DNA from: Ignavibacteriota bacterium
GTDB taxonomy: Bacteria > Bacteroidota > Ignavibacteria > UBA10030 > UBA6906
Assembly (NCBI GenBank): GCA_003152875.1
Contig: PMBF01000039.1
Span: 3,324 to 47,788, forward strand
Direction: 5' to 3'
Length of the DNA stretch: 44,465 nucleotides
Made by a program: the position numbers and the translations under genes. Shown in pieces: positions 44,201 to 44,465 of the stretch; position 1 is the first letter of the stretch, and every line of letters starts with the position of its first letter. Under the pieces are notes generated by a model. That model searched no databases. It was given only the letters and a program-made list of their open reading frames with translations, and was not told the DNA's origin.

Positions 44201-44465
44201 GCCGGACATGGTGCCATTCGATCTTGGCGGCACCGCGGTCACCGGCATGCACGTGGGGATGGTGTACCGGCTTCGCCAGGCCCTGGGCCTTGACCCGCCG
44301 GGAACGCCGGTCAGAGTGGTGGAGCCCTACCAGATGCTGGGGGACATCGCGCCGGACCTGATGGACGCCATCGGCATCGACGTGGCCGGGTTATGGGGCA
44401 GGGAAACGATGTTCGGTTTCGAGAACAAAGACTGGCAGCCGTGGATGCTGCCGGATGGCACCCCC
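44157..44465 (+). CDS. Uroporphyrinogen-decarboxylase/MtaA-CmuA family protein (5' part; runs off the window)
   Basis: Not in the ORF track. Reads MTSRERVIASLNHREPDMVPFDLGGTAVTGMH...EPYQMLG..., the typical N-terminus of this family; overlaps the porter by 44 nt. Confidence 0.85.
   Translation, partial: MTSRERVIASLNHREPDMVPFDLGGTAVTGMHVGMVYRLRQALGLDPPGTPVRVVEPYQMLGDIAPDLMDAIGIDVAGLWGRETMFGFENKDWQPWMLPDGTP

Overview
A GC-rich bacterial chromosomal segment. Gene content and order (TPR lipoprotein-DUF4292, hisA-purE-dapBAD, waaF-waaA, CaDPP III-type M49 peptidase) suggest an Ignavibacteria/Bacteroidota-Chlorobiota relative; this is inference only. It holds about 38 CDSs, mostly housekeeping. (1) A long leftward operon: hisA-like, purE, PfkB kinase, dapB, dapA, dapD, rfbD, serS, a heterodimeric ABC exporter, then fbp. 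(2) Envelope genes: TPR lipoprotein, DUF4292, cpoB-like, waaF, waaA, murB. (3) A magnesium-chelatase-like AAA+/VWA pair, larC, a PafA-type phosphatase, a class D beta-lactamase and hrpB. (4) At the right edge, a sugar porter overlapping a URO-D/MtaA-family gene that runs off the window. I saw no tRNA, rRNA, CRISPR array, integrase or transposase. The best candidate for an undescribed system is a ~3.5 kb islet (34325-37897): a near-consensus sigma-54 promoter with a candidate enhancer palindrome, then a signal-peptide leader ORF ending in LYVCSLLI, then a P-type ATPase with a non-canonical ion-binding signature (PEEFP), with the whole bounded by a short duplication of the hrpB 3' end. Other oddities: a probable non-AUG start for waaF, a HisA with Glu at the catalytic Asp, a degenerate 24-bp tandem array in a divergent promoter region, a ~135-nt rod-like hairpin, and several gene remnants. 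All calls come from reading motifs by eye; no database search was run.
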